Positions 1-8,595 of a stretch of 33,048 nucleotides of DNA are shown here, one piece after another. The notes under the pieces were generated by a model. It was not told the DNA's origin, did no database searches, and saw nothing but the letters and a program-made list of their open reading frames with translations. Position numbers and translations under genes: made by a program. The stretch's first letter is position 1; the number at the start of each line of letters is the position of its first letter. Source of the stretch: Elusimicrobiales bacterium (GTDB lineage: Bacteria > Elusimicrobiota > Elusimicrobia > Elusimicrobiales > UBA9959); contig JAVVFK010000001.1 of NCBI GenBank assembly GCA_032251015.1, positions 1 to 33,048 on the forward strand. Direction: 5' to 3'.

Positions 1-1074
1 CATGTTCTCGACCAATCCGCAGACGCCGACGACATTGACCTTGGCCTTGCGCAGCGCGAGCGCCTTGAGCGCACCGGCGACCGCGCCGGCGCCGCCCATG
101 TCCCATTTCATCGCTTCCATGCCCTCGGCCGGCTTGATCGAGATGCCGCCGGTGTCGAAGGTCACGCCTTTGCCGACGAAGGCGACGGGCTGTTGCGCCT
201 TGGCGGCCTTGGACTTGGCGACGCCGGTCCATTCCATGATGACCATCTTGCTTTCGCGGGCACTGCCCTGGCCGACGCCGAGCAACGCGCCCATGCCCAG
301 CCTGCGCATCTCCTTCTCGCCGAGCACCGTGACCTTGATGCCCAGCTTCTTGAGCGCCAGGGCCTTTTCCCGGGCCTTGTTCTTCTCGGCCAGGGGCGCG
401 CCCTCGGCTACCTTCACCAGTATGTGGCGCAGGCGCACGCGCTCGGCGGTCACTTCCTTGAAGCGCTGGGCCACGGCCTTGAGCTCGTCGATATCGTCCT
501 TGTCCATCCCCTTGAGGGAGGCGGTGGCGCCCTTTACGGCCAGCTGTATCTTGTCGTAATAGTCGCGCACTTCCTTCTCGCTGGGGGCGGAGACCTGGGG
601 CCGTATCTTCTCCTCGATGAGTTTGCGCACCATCAGCTGCTTGCGTATGCGCTCACGGAACTGCGCGGCGGAGACTCCCTCGCGGGCCAGCTCCGCCCTG
701 AAGGCCGCCTCGGCCATTTCCGGGCTTACGGGCCTGCCGGCCTCGTCGCGCGCGAAGCGCTTCTTTATCTCGGCCACGCCGTTCTCAAGCTCGCGGTCGT
801 AGACTTTTATCTTGAGCTTCTCGGCCTGCTGGGTCAGCAGCAGTTCGTCGACCAGCTTGTCCATCGCCATGGTCGCGAGCTGCTCCTCCGCGCCCTTCTG
901 CTTGAGGAAATCCGGCATCATGGCCCGGTACTGTTCCAGGATGGCCTGTTTGGTCTTGTTGTATTCCGAGATGAGTATCGGTTCCCCGTTCACCTTGGCC
1001 GCCACGCCGTCGGCGGCCGCGGACGCCGGGGCGGCGGCCAGCGCCAGCGCCAGCAGGCTATTTATAATCTTCAT
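1..1074 (-). CDS. Partial ORF (C-terminus lies beyond the left edge). Signal peptide, SurA_N/PpiD-like chaperone region and the first ~25 residues of a parvulin domain continue in frame into an M17 leucyl-aminopeptidase (PepA-type) catalytic domain.
   Basis: My own minus-strand translation; the ORF is absent from the supplied track because no stop lies in the window. ATG at 1074-1072. [38 protein letters not shown] ... [11 protein letters not shown] ... [61 protein letters not shown] ... [36 protein letters not shown] ... VENM. No stop in this frame from 1074 to 1. Confidence 0.6.
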   Translation of the reverse strand, partial: MKIINSLLALALAAAPASAAADGVAAKVNGEPILISEYNKTKQAILEQYRAMMPDFLKQKGAEEQLATMAMDKLVDELLLTQQAEKLKIKVYDRELENGVAEIKKRFARDEAGRPVSPEMAEAAFRAELAREGVSAAQFRERIRKQLMVRKLIEEKIRPQVSAPSEKEVRDYYDKIQLAVKGATASLKGMDKDDIDELKAVAQRFKEVTAERVRLRHILVKVAEGAPLAEKNKAREKALALKKLGIKVTVLGEKEMRRLGMGALLGVGQGSARESKMVIMEWTGVAKSKAAKAQQPVAFVGKGVTFDTGGISIKPAEGMEAMKWDMGGAGAVAGALKALALRKAKVNVVGVCGLVENM

Positions 1075-1891
1075 CGAGCACCTCCACTTTCAGTTCCGCC
1101 TGCAGCTTTTCCATGTGGGCGTCGAACTTCTTCTTCTCCAGGATCCTGCGCACCCGCTCGTCGGTCTCCGGGCTGCGCGGCATCTTTTTCTGCGAGATCT
1201 TCTTTATCAGGTGGTTGCCGAACTTGGTCTTGACCACGCCCTGCACCTCCCCGACCTTCATCTTGAAGGCCATGTCCTCCAGCTCGGGGATGAACTCGCC
1301 CTTCATCATCGGGGGCATTCGGCCGGACCCGGTCATCAGCCCTTTTTCCCCGGCGCGGGCGCGGGCGAGCTTCGAGAAGTCGGCCCCGGCTTTGACCCGT
1401 TTGAGAACGGCTTCCGCTTCCTCGTAGGTCGGGTACATCAGGTGGTCTATCACTATCTCGTTCGGGTTCTCGGCGTAATAGGCCGCGACCTCCTCGTCGG
1501 TGGTCTTGAGTGTCTTCTCCTTGAGGTCCTCCACCCAGAGCTTGGTGAGCAGGTAGCTGCGGAATTCCTCCAGCTTGGACTCCAGGTCCTTTTCCATGCT
1601 TTTAACCTGCTCCTTGTAGGCGGGTGAGGAGGCGACGCCGCTCCTGCGGGCGGCCAGAAGTATCATTTTCTCGTTGATCAGCACTTCCAGGAACTGTTTG
1701 CGCCCCGCGGGGGTGTCGAGGAAATCCCTGTAGGCGGGGGATATCTCCGCCAGCTTTTCCTCCAACTGGGCGTCGGTTATCTTCTCTCCGCCCACGCGGG
1801 CGACCACCTTTCCCCCTTCCTTGCCGGAGCAGGAGACCAGTAGCCCCAGCGCGGCGGGCGCGAAAACTGCCGTTAAAAGATATTTTTTCAT
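1058..1891 (-). CDS. PrsA/PpiC-type peptidyl-prolyl isomerase lipoprotein (foldase)
   Basis: 277-aa ORF. N-terminal [23 protein letters not shown] carries a lipobox (LVSC). SurA_N-like region ([22 protein letters not shown]) is followed by a parvulin-like segment (GADFSKLA ... FGNHLIK). The stop overlaps the start of the downstream foldase-like ORF by 17 nt. Confidence 0.8.
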   Translation of the reverse strand: MKKYLLTAVFAPAALGLLVSCSGKEGGKVVARVGGEKITDAQLEEKLAEISPAYRDFLDTPAGRKQFLEVLINEKMILLAARRSGVASSPAYKEQVKSMEKDLESKLEEFRSYLLTKLWVEDLKEKTLKTTDEEVAAYYAENPNEIVIDHLMYPTYEEAEAVLKRVKAGADFSKLARARAGEKGLMTGSGRMPPMMKGEFIPELEDMAFKMKVGEVQGVVKTKFGNHLIKKISQKKMPRSPETDERVRRILEKKKFDAHMEKLQAELKVEVLDEDYK

Positions 1892-1981
1892 ATATGAACT
1901 AAATTTAGCATTTTAGGGCCCTTGTTTTTAAGGCCCTTCGGAAAATGCCGCCCCGCCTGGCGGGGCGCGCGCGGCCTATTT

Positions 1982-1989
1982 TGTATAAT
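1982..1989 (+). promoter_or_regulatory. Candidate -10 element TGTATAAT upstream of the PBP1A gene
   Basis: Consensus TATAAT at 1984-1989 preceded by TG, 12 nt before the ATG at 2002. No good -35 seen. Confidence 0.35.
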
Positions 1990-2001
1990 TGAAGGCGAAC
2001 C

Positions 2002-4110
2002 ATGAGATTTTTCAAAGAAATGGAGGAGATGCCCCCGCACAGGCTGGCGCTGCGGCTTTCCTACCTGGCCGCGCTCATCTTCACGGTACTGCTCCTGACC
2101 GCGGCTATCGTAGGCCGGCGGATACTCTACGACATCCCCTCCATAGACAAGCTCGACGAGTACACTCCCTCGCTCACCACCTACGTCTACGACATCAACG
2201 AGGAGATCATCGCCGAGTTCTCCATAGAGAAGCGGGCGCTGCTGACGCTGGCCGATATCCCGGTGGACCTGCAGAACGCCGTGATCGCGATGGAGGACAG
2301 GTCCTTTTTCCGCCACTGGGGCATCTCGCCTCGCGGCATAATGCGCGCGCTTATGCGCGACCTGCTGCATACGCGCAAGGCCCAGGGCGGCTCGACCATA
2401 ACCCAGCAGCTCTCGCGCGGCATCTTCCTTAAGCCGGACAAGACCATTTCCAGAAAGGTCCGCGAGATGGTGCTGGCGCTGCAGATCGAGAGGAACTTCT
2501 CCAAGCAGGAGATCCTCCAGATGTACCTCAACCAGATATACCTGGGTTCCGGCGTCTACGGCGTGCAGTCGGCCGCCAAGCTCTTCTTCGGCAAGGACGT
2601 CTCCGAGCTGAACCTGGCGGAGTGCGCTCTGCTGGCCGGCGTGATCCCTTCCCCCGGCAACTTTTCGCCTTTCAGCCATCCCGACAGGGCACGCGTGCGC
2701 CGGCACCTTGTGCTGCTGAGCATGCGGCGGGAGGGCTACATAACGGACGGGGAGATGAAAGAGGCTCTCGAAGTGCCGCTGCCCGAGACAAAGTCCAGCA
2801 TGCTCTCGGGCCGCGCTCCCTATTTCGTCGAATACGTACGCCAGCAGCTCGAGCCCAAGTACGGCGTTTCGCAGCTCTGGAAGGGCGGCCTTAAGATCTA
2901 TACCACGCTCGACCTGGAGATGCAGGCGCCGGCCGAAGAGACGATGGAGAAGTATCTCTCCCAATACGACGAGGACGCGGCGAAGGTGGTGCGTCCCGAG
3001 CCGGCCGAGGGGGAGGTCCTGCCCTCCACGGCGCCTCTGCAGGGCGCGTTCATCATACTAGACGTGCGCACCGGAGCCATAAAGGCCCTGATAGGAGGCC
3101 GCGACTACCGCGAGAGCCAGTTCAACCGCGCAACGCAGGCCCAGCGCCAGGCCGGCTCCACCTTTAAGCCTTTCGTCTGGATGTCGGCGCTGATGAGCGG
3201 CTATACGCCGGCCTCCATGGTCGAGGACCTGCCGCTGGCCTATTATTACGACGGAAAGGACTGGCGCCTCTTCGAGGGGGCCACGGACCAGTACGCCATC
3301 GACCTGGCCATACAGCCTTTCGTTGGAAGCAAGGACTTCAAGATCTGGGTGCCCAACAACTTCGACGGCAAGTTCCAGGGGCGCATCACTCTGCGCCGGG
3401 CCCTGGAGCAGTCTCGCAATCTATCGTCCGTTTCGCTGGTGAACCGCATCGGCCCCTCGCTGGTGGTGGACGTGGCCCATAAGGCCGGCATCGAGAGCCG
3501 GCTGGACCCCGTGCCGTCGATAGGCCTGGGAACGTCGCTGGTCAACCCGCTGGAGATGGTGAACGCTTTCGCCACGTTCGGCAACGGCGGCATCCGCGTA
3601 AAGCCCTTCGGCGTCCTGCGCGTGGTGGACAACCGCGGCAAGGTCCTCGAGGAGCACGTGCCCACCGAGACCGAGAGTTTCTCTCCGCAGGCCTCCTACC
3701 TGCTGGTCAACATGATGAAAGGCGTGGTGCAGCGCGGCACCGGCATCAGGGCGTCCTCGCTGCGGCGCCCGCTGGCCGGCAAGACCGGCACGAGTCAGGA
3801 TTCCAAGGACATGTGGTTCATCGGCATGACCCCCGACCTGGCCGCCGGGGCCTGGATGGGCTACGATAATTTCGCCTCGCTGCCCGTCCGGGACTGGAGC
3901 AGCTCGCAGGCGGTGGCCTGGTGGACCGAAATCATGTCCCAGGTCCTCAAGGACCAGCCGGCCAGGGATTTTCCGGTGCCCGAGGGCATAGTTTTCGCCA
4001 CCATAGACCAGGAGACCGGCAAACTGGCGCTGCCGGGCTGCAGGAAGCGTATCCTGGAAGCTTTCCTCAAAGGTACCGAGCCGCAGGAATTCTGCGACGC
4101 CCAGCATTGA
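2002..4110 (+). CDS. mrcA: Class A penicillin-binding protein (PBP1A; glycosyltransferase GT51 + transpeptidase)
   Basis: 702 aa with an N-terminal TM segment. GT51 motifs EDRSFFRHWGISPRG and GGSTITQQL. Transpeptidase motifs STFK (SxxK), SRN (SxN) and KTGT. Confidence 0.92.
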   Translation: MRFFKEMEEMPPHRLALRLSYLAALIFTVLLLTAAIVGRRILYDIPSIDKLDEYTPSLTTYVYDINEEIIAEFSIEKRALLTLADIPVDLQNAVIAMEDRSFFRHWGISPRGIMRALMRDLLHTRKAQGGSTITQQLSRGIFLKPDKTISRKVREMVLALQIERNFSKQEILQMYLNQIYLGSGVYGVQSAAKLFFGKDVSELNLAECALLAGVIPSPGNFSPFSHPDRARVRRHLVLLSMRREGYITDGEMKEALEVPLPETKSSMLSGRAPYFVEYVRQQLEPKYGVSQLWKGGLKIYTTLDLEMQAPAEETMEKYLSQYDEDAAKVVRPEPAEGEVLPSTAPLQGAFIILDVRTGAIKALIGGRDYRESQFNRATQAQRQAGSTFKPFVWMSALMSGYTPASMVEDLPLAYYYDGKDWRLFEGATDQYAIDLAIQPFVGSKDFKIWVPNNFDGKFQGRITLRRALEQSRNLSSVSLVNRIGPSLVVDVAHKAGIESRLDPVPSIGLGTSLVNPLEMVNAFATFGNGGIRVKPFGVLRVVDNRGKVLEEHVPTETESFSPQASYLLVNMMKGVVQRGTGIRASSLRRPLAGKTGTSQDSKDMWFIGMTPDLAAGAWMGYDNFASLPVRDWSSSQAVAWWTEIMSQVLKDQPARDFPVPEGIVFATIDQETGKLALPGCRKRILEAFLKGTEPQEFCDAQH

Positions 4111-4113
4111 GAC

Positions 4114-4172
4114 GGGGTCAGGTCTTTACTTTTGACCTGGTGAGGTCAAAAGTAAAGACCTGACCCCTTTTT
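4114..4172. terminator. Perfect 24-bp-stem hairpin plus T5 between the convergent PBP1A and alr genes
   Basis: GGGGTCAGGTCTTTACTTTTGACC (4114-4137), loop TGGTGA, GGTCAAAAGTAAAGACCTGACCCC (4144-4167), then TTTTT. The T-run overlaps the alr stop codon. Confidence 0.7.
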
Positions 4173-5250
4173 AGTTGTAAATGCGGGGGAGGCGGGCGTT
4201 GGCGGCGGTGCGCCGGGAGTGCAGGGCGACGGGGTCGCCCGCGGCCGCGCCCGGTACGGCGCTGACGTCGAGCAGCGTATGGATTATTCCCGGGCGCCCT
4301 ATGAAAGGCGCCTTGCGGCCGCGCAGCGTCCCCCAGTAGGTGAAGCCCGCGTCCACTCTTATGCCGCCGCCGCGCGGCTCCATCGAAAGTCCGTCGGAAT
4401 ACCCGGCCGGTATAGTCGCCACGCGCATATCGCGCGGCGCCACGTACTCGCTGGAATAGCCCAGTGATTCGCCGCGGCGCACTTTCTTTATAGAGATTAT
4501 CCTGGCGAAGAATTTCCAGGGGCGCTCCAGACCGAAGACCGGGGGGCCGCCTTTTTTCTTCAGGTAATGTTTTGAAGGATAGATGCCGTAGAGCAGGTTC
4601 CCTATCCTGACCATGTCCAGCTGCCAGTGCGGCAGGTCGCAGAAGACCGAGCTGTTGGCCGCGTCGGCCTCGAGGCTGGGCCAGTAGCGCCGGGCCGACA
4701 GGGCCAGCGCCCTGAAGCGGCCCAACTTCTCCTCGGCCTCTACCAGGTTCTTCTGCGGCGTGTAGGCCAGGTGCGCCGAAAGCGCCAGCGGCCGCACCGC
4801 CCGCGTCCGCGAGAGCGCCGCGGCGAAAGAGGGGAAAGCCCCGGGATCCACGCCCCAGCGGCGCAGTCCCAGGTCTATGTCGACGCGGCAGGGCAGCGGC
4901 CGCGCGGCGGAGCCGCGGCGGGCGAGTGCCCTGGCGAAGGTCAGGCTGTCTACGGTGGGGATGAGACGGTGCCTGGCTATGTCACCGGCTTCTTCGGGCA
5001 GCGAGGGAGCCAGGCAGACGATCGGCGCGTTTATTCCGGCCCCGCGCAGTTCCGTCCCTTCCTCGGCCGTCAGGACGCCGAGCCGGTCCGCGCCGCCCGC
5101 GAGTGCCGCCCGGGCGGCCTCGGCCGCGCCGTGGCCGTAACCGTCGGCCTTCACCACGGCCATGAACTTCACGCCGGGCCGCAGTTCCCGCTTTATCGCC
5201 CTGGCGTTGGCCTTGATGACCCGCCGGTCTATCTCTATCCATTTCAGCAT
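4171..5250 (-). CDS. alr: Alanine racemase
   Basis: 359 aa with the PLP-lysine motif AVVKADGYGHG near the N-terminus. Length and overall pattern are typical of Alr. Confidence 0.9.
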   Translation of the reverse strand: MLKWIEIDRRVIKANARAIKRELRPGVKFMAVVKADGYGHGAAEAARAALAGGADRLGVLTAEEGTELRGAGINAPIVCLAPSLPEEAGDIARHRLIPTVDSLTFARALARRGSAARPLPCRVDIDLGLRRWGVDPGAFPSFAAALSRTRAVRPLALSAHLAYTPQKNLVEAEEKLGRFRALALSARRYWPSLEADAANSSVFCDLPHWQLDMVRIGNLLYGIYPSKHYLKKKGGPPVFGLERPWKFFARIISIKKVRRGESLGYSSEYVAPRDMRVATIPAGYSDGLSMEPRGGGIRVDAGFTYWGTLRGRKAPFIGRPGIIHTLLDVSAVPGAAAGDPVALHSRRTAANARLPRIYN

Positions 5251-5260
5251 ATGAGAGTAA

Positions 5261-5351
5261 GGGGACGTTGTTTAGTTCTTTAGTTTTTCTTCACAGATTC
5301 GGGGGCGTCCGGTCCTTGTTGATAAGAACTAAAGAACTAAACAACGTCCCC
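5261..5351. repeat. Perfect 25-bp inverted repeat with a 41-nt spacer in the alr/mfd divergent region
   Basis: GGGGACGTTGTTTAGTTCTTTAGTT (5261-5285) is the exact reverse complement of AACTAAAGAACTAAACAACGTCCCC (5327-5351). Each arm holds a tandem TTTAGTT(C) sub-repeat. Confidence 0.9.
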
Positions 5352-5355
5352 GAAA

Positions 5356-5364
5356 ATTATATCA
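5356..5364 (-). promoter_or_regulatory. Candidate extended -10 promoter (TGaTATAAT on the minus strand) for alr
   Basis: The minus strand reads TGATATAAT immediately upstream of the 5351-5261 palindrome. A start about 7 nt downstream would place the whole palindrome in the alr 5' UTR. Confidence 0.4.
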
Positions 5365-5372
5365 TTAAGATA

Positions 5373-8300
5373 ATGGCCGCTCCTTGCGTGAAAAAGATAT
5401 GCGGCGTGCCCAATATGACGGCCGCCGCCATGCTGGCGCTCGAACGCCTCGACGCCGGCGTGCCCGCCGTGGTCTGGGCCGCCGTTCAGGAAGAGGATTT
5501 CCAGGAATTCGCCGCGGCGGCCGCGGGCCTGCGACAGGCGCTGGGCCGCAAGCAGCCCGAACTGCTGACCTGGGGCTCCGAGCCGGGCCAGCGGGCGGAA
5601 GCGCTGCGGCGCCTCTACTCAGACGCCGGACCCGACGGCAGAATTCTCCTTATCCCCGCGGTACACCTGGCGGACAAGGTGATGCCGCCGGGCGAGTTCT
5701 CGGGTCTCGGCTTCGCGCTCAAGCCCGGCCTCTCATACCCGCGCGCCGAGCTGCTGCGCCGCATAGAGAAAGCCGGCTACGGGCGCGCTTCTTTCGTCGA
5801 GGGCCGCGGCGAATACGCCGTGCGCGGTTCCGTCATCGACCTGTTCCCGCCGGGCGCCGAGAAGCCGCTGCGCCTTTTCTTCACCGACGCTCTCGAAAGC
5901 ATCCGGCCTTTCGATATAGAGACGCAGCATACCGCCGGCTTCCTGACCGAGTTCTTCCTGCCGCCGGCCTTCGCGCGCGGGGAGGAGCGGCTTACCTCCG
6001 TGCCGCCCCTGGCGGGCTCCGAACTGCTGGTCCCGCGCGCCGCGGAGCCCGAACTGCCGGCGGAAGCCGCGGTGCTGTCCCGGCTGATCTACGGCGACGC
6101 CAGGACGGACGATGCCGAGGAAGACTTCGGCGCGCGCGCCGTGGATTCATACGGGGCCGACATAAAACTGGCCGCCGCCGGCATGGAGCGTCTCTCCAAA
6201 GGCGGAAGCGCCGTCTATCTCTTCTGCATGAACCGCGGCGAGCGCGAGCGGTTAGGCGAACTGCTCCTCGACCTGGACGCCGACAGGTACTGCGCGCTGG
6301 TGACCGCGCCCGTGGCCGAGGGTTTCACGCTTAAGCGCTCCAAGTTCGCCTTCATGGCGACTTCGGAGATATTCCAGCGCCGCTACCGCCAGGCCGCCGG
6401 AGCGCGCGCCAAGGCCAAGTTCTTCAAATGGGCCGACCTGAAAGTCGGCGACTTCGTCGTGCACGAGGACTACGGCGTAGGCCGTTACCTGGGCCTGAAG
6501 AAACTCGCCTACAAGACCGGCGAAGAACAGGTGGACGAGGCCGAGTGCCTGCAGATAGAGTACGCCAAGGGCGATAAGCTGATGGTGCCGCTGCACGATT
6601 TCGGCCGCGTGCAGAAATACATCTCGTCCGAGGGCAAAGGGCCGCGTCTCTCGCACATGGACACCAAGACCTGGAAGGAGCTCAAGAGCCGGGTCAAGAA
6701 GGAAGTGGAGCAGCTCGCGCGCGAAATACTGAAGATAGAGGCCGAACGCGGAGCCCTGCGCACCGGCGCGCTGCCGGACGCCGGCCACCTGGAGGAGGAG
6801 TTCGCCGCCTCGTTCCCGTACGACGAGACCCCCGACCAGGAATCGGCCATCGCGGACGTGCTGGGCGACCTGCAGCAGCCCAAGCCCATGAACAGGCTGG
6901 TCGTCGGCGACGTCGGCTTCGGCAAGACCGAGGTTGCGATGCGCGCGGCCGCCCGCGCCGTCTTCAACGGCCGCCAGGTCGCCGTGCTGGTGCCGACGAC
7001 GATACTCGCCGACCAGCATTACCGCAATTTCACCGGCCGCTTCCGCGAATTCCCCGTGCGCGTGCGCTCCGTCTCGCGCTTTCTGCCCAAACCGGAGCAG
7101 AAGAAGGTCCTGGCCGAAGCGGCCGCCGGGACCTGCGACATAATCATCGGCACCCACCGCCTGCTGCAGAAGGATTCGGGCTTCGCCAACCTGGGACTGG
7201 TCGTCATCGACGAGGAACACCGCTTCGGCGTAAAGGACAAGGACCGCCTCAAGGTCCTCTCCAAGGGCGTTCACCTGCTGACGCTTACGGCCACTCCCAT
7301 ACCGCGCACGCTCTACCAGTCGGTCTCCACCCTCAAGCCCATGTCGGTCATCGAGAGCCCGCCGATGGGGCGCCTGCCCATCTCGACCTTCGTGCGGCCC
7401 TACGACCCGCGGCTGACCGCCGAGGCCGTCAACCAGGAACTCGCCCGCGGCGGCCAGGTCTATTACGTCTATAACCGCGTCCAGACCATGGCCACCAAAC
7501 TGGCCGAGCTCAAAAAACTCATGCCCAACCTGCGCGCCGCCTCCATCCACGGCCAGATGAAGGCCGAGGAGGTGGAGGAGCGGATGTGGGACTTCCTCAA
7601 CCGCAAGTACGACCTGCTGCTGGCCTCCACGATAATAGAATCCGGCATAGACATACCGTCGGTGAACACCCTCATCGTGGAGAACGCCCACGAACTGGGC
7701 CTGGCCCAGCTCTACCAGCTGCGCGGCCGCATAGGCCGCGAGAAGCAGAAGGCTTACTGCTGGCTTTTCTTCCCGGGCTGGATGAAGCCGAAAACCGCCG
7801 CGCAACAGGCGAAAGAGGCGGAGGGAAAGAAAAAGAAACGCGGGCCCGACCCCGCCGAGGAGAAACGGCGCCGCCGCGCCGAGGGCTGGGGGCTGGAGGA
7901 GTCGTTTGACGCGGCCGCGATAAAAGAGCGTCCGCCGGCGGCCATGACCGAGGACGCGATGAAGCGGCTTTCGGCGCTGGAGGAGTTCACCGAGCTGGGA
8001 TCGGGCTTCCGGCTGGCCATGCGCGACCTGGAGATACGCGGCGCAGGCGAACTGCTGGGAGTGCGCCAGCACGGTTTCATAAATACCATCGGCCTCGATA
8101 TGTACATCAAGCTGCTCAACTCCGAGATAGCCCGGATGCGCGGCAAGGCGGAGGAGGAACTGGCCGAGACCTCCATCGACCTGTCGCTGCCCGCCTACAT
8201 ACCCGAGGATTATGTCGGAGACGACATGGAGCGCCTTAATTTCTACAAGAAACTGCTCAACGCGCCCGCCGGCCGCGTGGACGCCGTCGTGGCGGAGTTC

Positions 8301-8591
8301 GAGGATATTTCCGGCCCCGCGCCGCAGGCGCTTAAGAACCTGGCCGGCATCATCAGGTTCAAGAAGACGCTCTCCGCGCACGGCGTCAGGTCGGTCGCGC
8401 AGAAGGGGGATACCATAGAGATCTTCTTCCACCCGAAGTCGCCCGTGGACGCCGCCACCATCGGTTCATGGCATAAATTCTTCGGCGACAGGCTGGGCTT
8501 CATCCCGTCGCGGTTCGGCGACGGCGTGCGCATAGCCGGCGTGGCCGAACCGCTGGCCGACCTGGCCGCGGCGGCCGGCGCTTTCAAATAG
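5373..8591 (+). CDS. mfd: Transcription-repair coupling factor Mfd
   Basis: Helicase motifs GDVGFGKTEVAMRAA, DEEHRFGV, LTLTATPIPRT and QLRGRIGR. TRG region LEIRGAGELLG. CarD-like segment GDFVVHEDYGVGRY. Start is uncertain: the track ORF begins at 5268 but runs through the palindrome, so I prefer ATG 5373 or ATG 5415. Confidence 0.9.
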   Translation: MAAPCVKKICGVPNMTAAAMLALERLDAGVPAVVWAAVQEEDFQEFAAAAAGLRQALGRKQPELLTWGSEPGQRAEALRRLYSDAGPDGRILLIPAVHLADKVMPPGEFSGLGFALKPGLSYPRAELLRRIEKAGYGRASFVEGRGEYAVRGSVIDLFPPGAEKPLRLFFTDALESIRPFDIETQHTAGFLTEFFLPPAFARGEERLTSVPPLAGSELLVPRAAEPELPAEAAVLSRLIYGDARTDDAEEDFGARAVDSYGADIKLAAAGMERLSKGGSAVYLFCMNRGERERLGELLLDLDADRYCALVTAPVAEGFTLKRSKFAFMATSEIFQRRYRQAAGARAKAKFFKWADLKVGDFVVHEDYGVGRYLGLKKLAYKTGEEQVDEAECLQIEYAKGDKLMVPLHDFGRVQKYISSEGKGPRLSHMDTKTWKELKSRVKKEVEQLAREILKIEAERGALRTGALPDAGHLEEEFAASFPYDETPDQESAIADVLGDLQQPKPMNRLVVGDVGFGKTEVAMRAAARAVFNGRQVAVLVPTTILADQHYRNFTGRFREFPVRVRSVSRFLPKPEQKKVLAEAAAGTCDIIIGTHRLLQKDSGFANLGLVVIDEEHRFGVKDKDRLKVLSKGVHLLTLTATPIPRTLYQSVSTLKPMSVIESPPMGRLPISTFVRPYDPRLTAEAVNQELARGGQVYYVYNRVQTMATKLAELKKLMPNLRAASIHGQMKAEEVEERMWDFLNRKYDLLLASTIIESGIDIPSVNTLIVENAHELGLAQLYQLRGRIGREKQKAYCWLFFPGWMKPKTAAQQAKEAEGKKKKRGPDPAEEKRRRRAEGWGLEESFDAAAIKERPPAAMTEDAMKRLSALEEFTELGSGFRLAMRDLEIRGAGELLGVRQHGFINTIGLDMYIKLLNSEIARMRGKAEEELAETSIDLSLPAYIPEDYVGDDMERLNFYKKLLNAPAGRVDAVVAEFEDISGPAPQALKNLAGIIRFKKTLSAHGVRSVAQKGDTIEIFFHPKSPVDAATIGSWHKFFGDRLGFIPSRFGDGVRIAGVAEPLADLAAAAGAFK

Positions 8592-8595
8592 GAAA

